A stretch of 64,000 nucleotides of DNA from Piromyces finnis finn (lineage: Eukaryota; Fungi; Neocallimastigomycota): NCBI GenBank assembly GCA_002104945.1, contig MCFH01000031.1, positions 248,001-312,000 of the forward strand, in the 5' to 3' direction. A program made the position numbers and the translations under genes. Shown here in pieces: positions 59,177-64,000 of the stretch. Each line of letters starts with the position of its first letter. The first letter of the stretch is position 1. The notes below the pieces were generated by a model. The model ran no database searches. It saw only the letters and a list, made by a program, of their open reading frames with translations, and had not been told where the DNA came from.

Positions 59177-59907
59177 TTTAAATATATAAGACTACTTAAT
59201 ATTTAATACTAAATAAATTTTTAAGTTTTTTATTTACTAACAATAAATAAGACCAAAAAATTTTTTTTATATTTTAATATGTGATTTATACATACTTTTC
59301 TAAAATAATAATTAGTTTTCTTATCTAAGATTTATACACGTGAATCACAGGATTTAATGAAGAGTATATTAATTATTAAAATTTATAATATACTTATTAA
59401 TAAATGTATTATAAATAATGTCAACAAAAAAATATTTATTAATATTTGGTATGTTAATATTTATTAAAAATAGATTGAATATATAAAAAATAAAAAAATA
59501 ATTTAAAAGATAATTGCTTAATTTGATATTTTTTTATTTTAATATTAAAAAATTATTTAGTGAAATATATTGAAAAAATTTAATAATAAAATAAATATGA
59601 ATGACAATAATAAATATTTCTATAACTTTATTGTTAATAAAATAAAATTTTTTAATATTAAAAAGAAAAAAAAAATTATAAATAAAATAATAAAAAATCG
59701 ATTTTTATGAATTTTATGAATTAAATAAATTTATAATGAAAATTAATAGTAAACTTTTAAATATATTTTAGAAAATATATTTGCTTTTAATATATATATT
59801 TGATTTCCAAGTTGTTTGATTTTTAATATAAATATATATATTATTTAAATTATTAATTAAATGTTAAATACTTTTTAATTTTTAAATTAATCAAGAAAAA
59901 AAAAAAT

Positions 59908-60213
59908 CTATTTTTGATGCTTTTTTCCCACAACAAATATATTTGCTGGTTTCTTAACATTTCTACCGAAATCTACTGAAGCTATTAAAATAATTTATTT
60001 ATAAAATAAATATTTTATGATTATTATTTTTTTTTAATAACAAAATAATATATTCTAATTTAGTTTTTTTTAATAATGATAAATCTTACTTGAAATTCTC
60101 TTAATCTTTCCTTCATAAAAATGCTTTTTTTTAAAATCAAGAATTGATTGAGGAATTGGTTGTCTACTTGCAAGACCTTTTTTAGTTTTTAATGATACTA
60201 CTCTAAAACCGCT

Positions 60214-60250
<37 letters not shown>

Positions 60251-62048
60251 TTTTAATTTATGAAATTTTAAAGTTAAAAATAAAATATAATTAATATTTA
60301 TTATTATTTCAATTTTTATGAATAACAAATATATATAAATATGGATTACAAACTCTTTAATAATTTCATCCTTCTTCTTCTTTCTTGGCTTAAGATCATC
60401 ATCATCTAATAAAAGATGCTTTCCTTTTGGTACAATTTTTTGTTCTTCTACTTCTTCATTTTCACTATCAATTTTTTATATTATCACATAAATACAAAGG
60501 AAAAAAATAATTAATAATAAGTCCTATATATAATATACCTTGTTTCTTCATTATCTTCTGCAACTTCCTCTAAAAGATCAGTTGGAAGCATTTCTAATTT
60601 ATTCTTTGAAGCTTGTGCTTTTAAAAACTCATCTTTTGCTCTTCTTTTTTGCTTACGATTTTGTGCCATTCTAATTATTTTTAATAAAAGGAAATATTTT
60701 AGCAACATTTTTTTTGTTTGTTTATTTATTTATTTATTTATTCAGATTATATATTATAAATAATTAAAATATAAAATTACTTTATTTCGCGTTCTCTTGC
60801 AGACTTTAATAACTTTAAAGCATCTTCCCTACCAGTTTTTAAGGAAACAGTTTCTGGTTCTTCTTCGACATTTTCTTCTTCTTCAGAAGAGTAAACAATT
60901 TCTTCATCATCATCTTCTTCTTCAACTGTTTTCTTTTGGGTTATTTCTACATTATTACTATCATTTACTTGAGTAACCTTAATAGCTTTAACATCAAAAT
61001 CATCATCATCAAAAGTTATATGACTAGACTTTTTTTCTTCTATTTTTCCTGATGTATCTATTTCCATATTATCTTCATTTTGATTTTCTTTTGCTTGAAT
61101 TTCTTTTACTGGAGTTTTTTTTGATGGAGTTTCTTTTGATGGAGTTTCTTTTGATGGAGTTTCTTTTGTTGGTGTTTTTTTTGCTGAAGTTTCTTTAGAT
61201 GGTGTTTTCTTTATTGTAACTTCTTCAATATCAGAATCAATTTCTTTAACTGATGTATTTTTAGAATTTTTTTTTATTGATTTTTCTACTTTCTTTTCTT
61301 CAATTGGATTTTCTTTCGTGGTTGAAGGTGAAGAAAATGAATCAATTTCAACAACATCATCATCATTATCTTTAGCATTAGCAAGTGCAGTAATTGCTTT
61401 ATGTGCTATCATTGCTGACGATTTACTTGGTGTTTCATGGAAATTATTGTCTAATATAAGAATTTCAGAGTTTCCTGATTTTTTAATAACTGGTGTTGTT
61501 ACAGAAGTATGAGTAGGAGTACCAACCTTTATTCTTTTTGTATCAAATTGTGGAGCTGGGGTTCTGAATGACTTAGTTGGAGTACTATTAATACTTTTTG
61601 GTCTTCCTCTTTTACGTTTTGGAGTAGTAATTACTTCAATTTCATTCTCATTATTATTTTCGCTTTCATTTTCTTCAATTTCAGATGATATATTTTTTTT
61701 AATAATTACTGGCTCTGGTGGTATAATTATTGAATCATTTCCAACATTTTCTTCTGATTTGTCATTTGGTGAATCTATTACAATTGGTGATTCAGCTGTT
61801 TTAGAAATAGTAGCTGATTTTGGAGTTGATTTTGGAGATTTTTTATCTTCTTCAGAAACTTTTTTAGTTTTTCTTGGTGTTCTTTTTGTTGTTTTTTCTT
61901 CAACTGAAGAAACTGATGTTTTTTTTGTTCTTGTTGATCTTCTACGTTTAGATTCTTCTAGTTTTTCTGGTTCTTCTTTAGGTGTAGTAGAAGGTGGTGT
62001 ATGATTTCTTAATCTATTTTTAATTGAATTTGGATCTATTTCAACCAT
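59908..62048 (-). CDS. Charged low-complexity nuclear protein with AT-hook and a probable U3 snoRNA-associated (BUD21/Utp16/NOL7-like) C-terminus
   Basis: Exon 1 62048-60781 (RKRGRPK AT-hook, KETPS repeats), then small exons with RKQKRRAKDE...LEMLPTDLLEEV, GFRVVSL...PQSILDFKKKH and a final exon ending at TAG 59908. Confidence 0.55.
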
Positions 62049-63455
62049 TTTTATATATTTAAATTATTCTAATGTCTATTTTATTAAAATATATTTGTTA
62101 TATATTATATATAAATTATAAAATAATATTTGAAAAACATTTAATCATTTAATAATTTAATAATAATAATAATAATAAAGAAACTTTTTTTTTAGAATTT
62201 TTGCATAATAAAAAGGCTATTTTCTTATATTTTTATTTACAAAATATAATTATTTAAATTTCAACAATAATGATTATATATATAAATTCAACTTTTGATT
62301 TTTACTTATAGATTCTTTAGTATTTTAAAATAACTTTTCATTAAAAATTTTATTAATTTCATCAAATAATCAATAAAGTATTTAATTATTTCATATTTTA
62401 TATATAAACATTTATTTTATATCCTGTATCATTAATGAAAATATTAAATTTCAATTTTAAATTTCAAATGTAGATTCATATATTTTCTCATTATTATTTT
62501 TTCTTATTATTTTTCATTTATTATTATTTTTTGATGAAAATCTTATATTGATTTATTATTGTATTGAATAAATATATATAATTAATGATAATATAATTTA
62601 ATAAAAATTCATTTATTTTTCACTTTTTTTAAAGAAATGTTTAAGATAATTAAGCTTAATAATTAAATAATAGTTATATTTAATGTATTGAGGTTTATTG
62701 TTGTTTTGTTCTTTTTGTTTATACTCCTATTAATCATGTGCTTAAATTATTAAAAATATTGCGATATTAATATATACCTAATCCAATGAGTATTTTAAAA
62801 AAAAATAACTATACAAGACTTAATTTTTAATTTAAATATAATTGAAATTGAAATTATCCTAAAATCTTTAAATATTATTAATAAATTTTAAAAAAAAAAA
62901 ATTACATAAATTTAAATTTTTTTTTTTAATTTGACCTTTATTATAAATACATTTAAAATATATTTTTGGTAAAATAATATATTAATTAATATATTGCATG
63001 GTATATTATTTTAATTGCTTTTAACAATAATATTTGTAAAAATACTAAATATTAAAAGAATATAAAAAAAATATTTTTGATCATGATTGGTTATTTTTAT
63101 TATAAAGATATGTCACAAAAATTTTATATAATATTCACATGGATATACAAAATCTATGTAAAGATAATAAATCTATGTTTTATTTATAATCTCTCATATA
63201 TTACCTTTTTTTTATAATAATATTATATTATTAATGTCAAATACGAAGCTTTTTCAATAATATTAAATCAATATTATACTTAAATATTATATATGTATTT
63301 TTATTTATTTTCTAATTTCTTTTTTTATATACTAAATATTGGAATCTAAAATTTTAAATTAATTTCTTTTAAAATTTATATATAAATCACTTAATATATC
63401 TAATATTTACAGTTATTTCTATATATACATTTAATTTTCTTTCTTTTTTATAGCT

Positions 63456-64000
63456 CTATTTATAAAGTGAACAATCAATTTTACTAGCATCTAAATCAAG
63501 ATTTTTAATTTGATAATCAAGTTTTAATTGATTAGCTAATTTACATGCATTAGCTATTTTATTAGTATTCTTTAAATAACTGACACCAAATACAGCTTTA
63601 TTTGCTTGAATAAATGGTTTATAAAGTTCACATTCACCATATTCATAGCATTCCTCATTCAATGCCCAATCATAATAAGGAAGTAAATCTTTAATTTGTT
63701 CCATATCATTCTTTAAACCAATAGATAACTTTCTTTTGTGAGCTTCATCAGCTAACCATTTGTTGAAATTCAATTGCTCATTATATGTAAAATCATTTTC
63801 CTTAAAAGTGTAACCATCGACATTGTCAATTTCAACACCATCACAATCCTTTTCAACAGCAAGATCTAAACGATTTTGAATAAGTGGTTTTAGTTTTGAA
63901 CTTCTAATATTAACCCAGTTTTCATCTTCCCAATCTTCCATTTCTTCTAAAACAACACCTTTATTTAAGAATTCCTCTGCATCATCTCTCCAGCTTTCTA
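63456..64000 (-). CDS. GH114 endo-alpha-1,4-polygalactosaminidase-like protein, 5' part outside the window
   Basis: ESWRDDA...WEDENWVNIR, CDGVEIDNVDGY, SIGLKND, WALNEECYEYGEC. The frame is open to the right edge. Confidence 0.88.
   Translation of the reverse strand, partial: ESWRDDAEEFLNKGVVLEEMEDWEDENWVNIRSSKLKPLIQNRLDLAVEKDCDGVEIDNVDGYTFKENDFTYNEQLNFNKWLADEAHKRKLSIGLKNDMEQIKDLLPYYDWALNEECYEYGECELYKPFIQANKAVFGVSYLKNTNKIANACKLANQLKLDYQIKNLDLDASKIDCSLYK

Overview
Very AT-rich, intron-rich eukaryotic DNA. The low GC, long poly(A/T) and (AAAT)n tracts, GT-AG introns, and the CotH and GH114 genes are typical of an anaerobic gut fungus (Neocallimastigomycota); this taxon call is inferred. Recognisable housekeeping genes: HIS7, CPA1, HAS1, MTAP/MEU1, BAP31, an F-box/LRR gene, a LETM1-family gene, an RNI-like LRR gene and a probable BUD21/Utp16-like gene. 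Accessory genes: a PAN/Apple membrane protein, a GPI-type CotH kinase, a GH114, a PH-domain Ste20-type pseudokinase and a large tail-anchored acidic-repeat protein. At 10.0-18.2 kb there is a stack of three non-LTR retrotransposon copies. An intact full-length single-ORF element (APE-RT-CCHC) sits inside a truncated sister copy with a 28-bp target-site duplication, and carries a hairpin-rich 5' leader with a perfect splice donor. Highlights not in the ORF track: a 28-codon uORF upstream of CPA1 that matches the fungal arginine attenuator peptide (DYLxxxLWK), and a 71-nt box C/D-like RNA with exact kink-turn geometry at 7788-7858.
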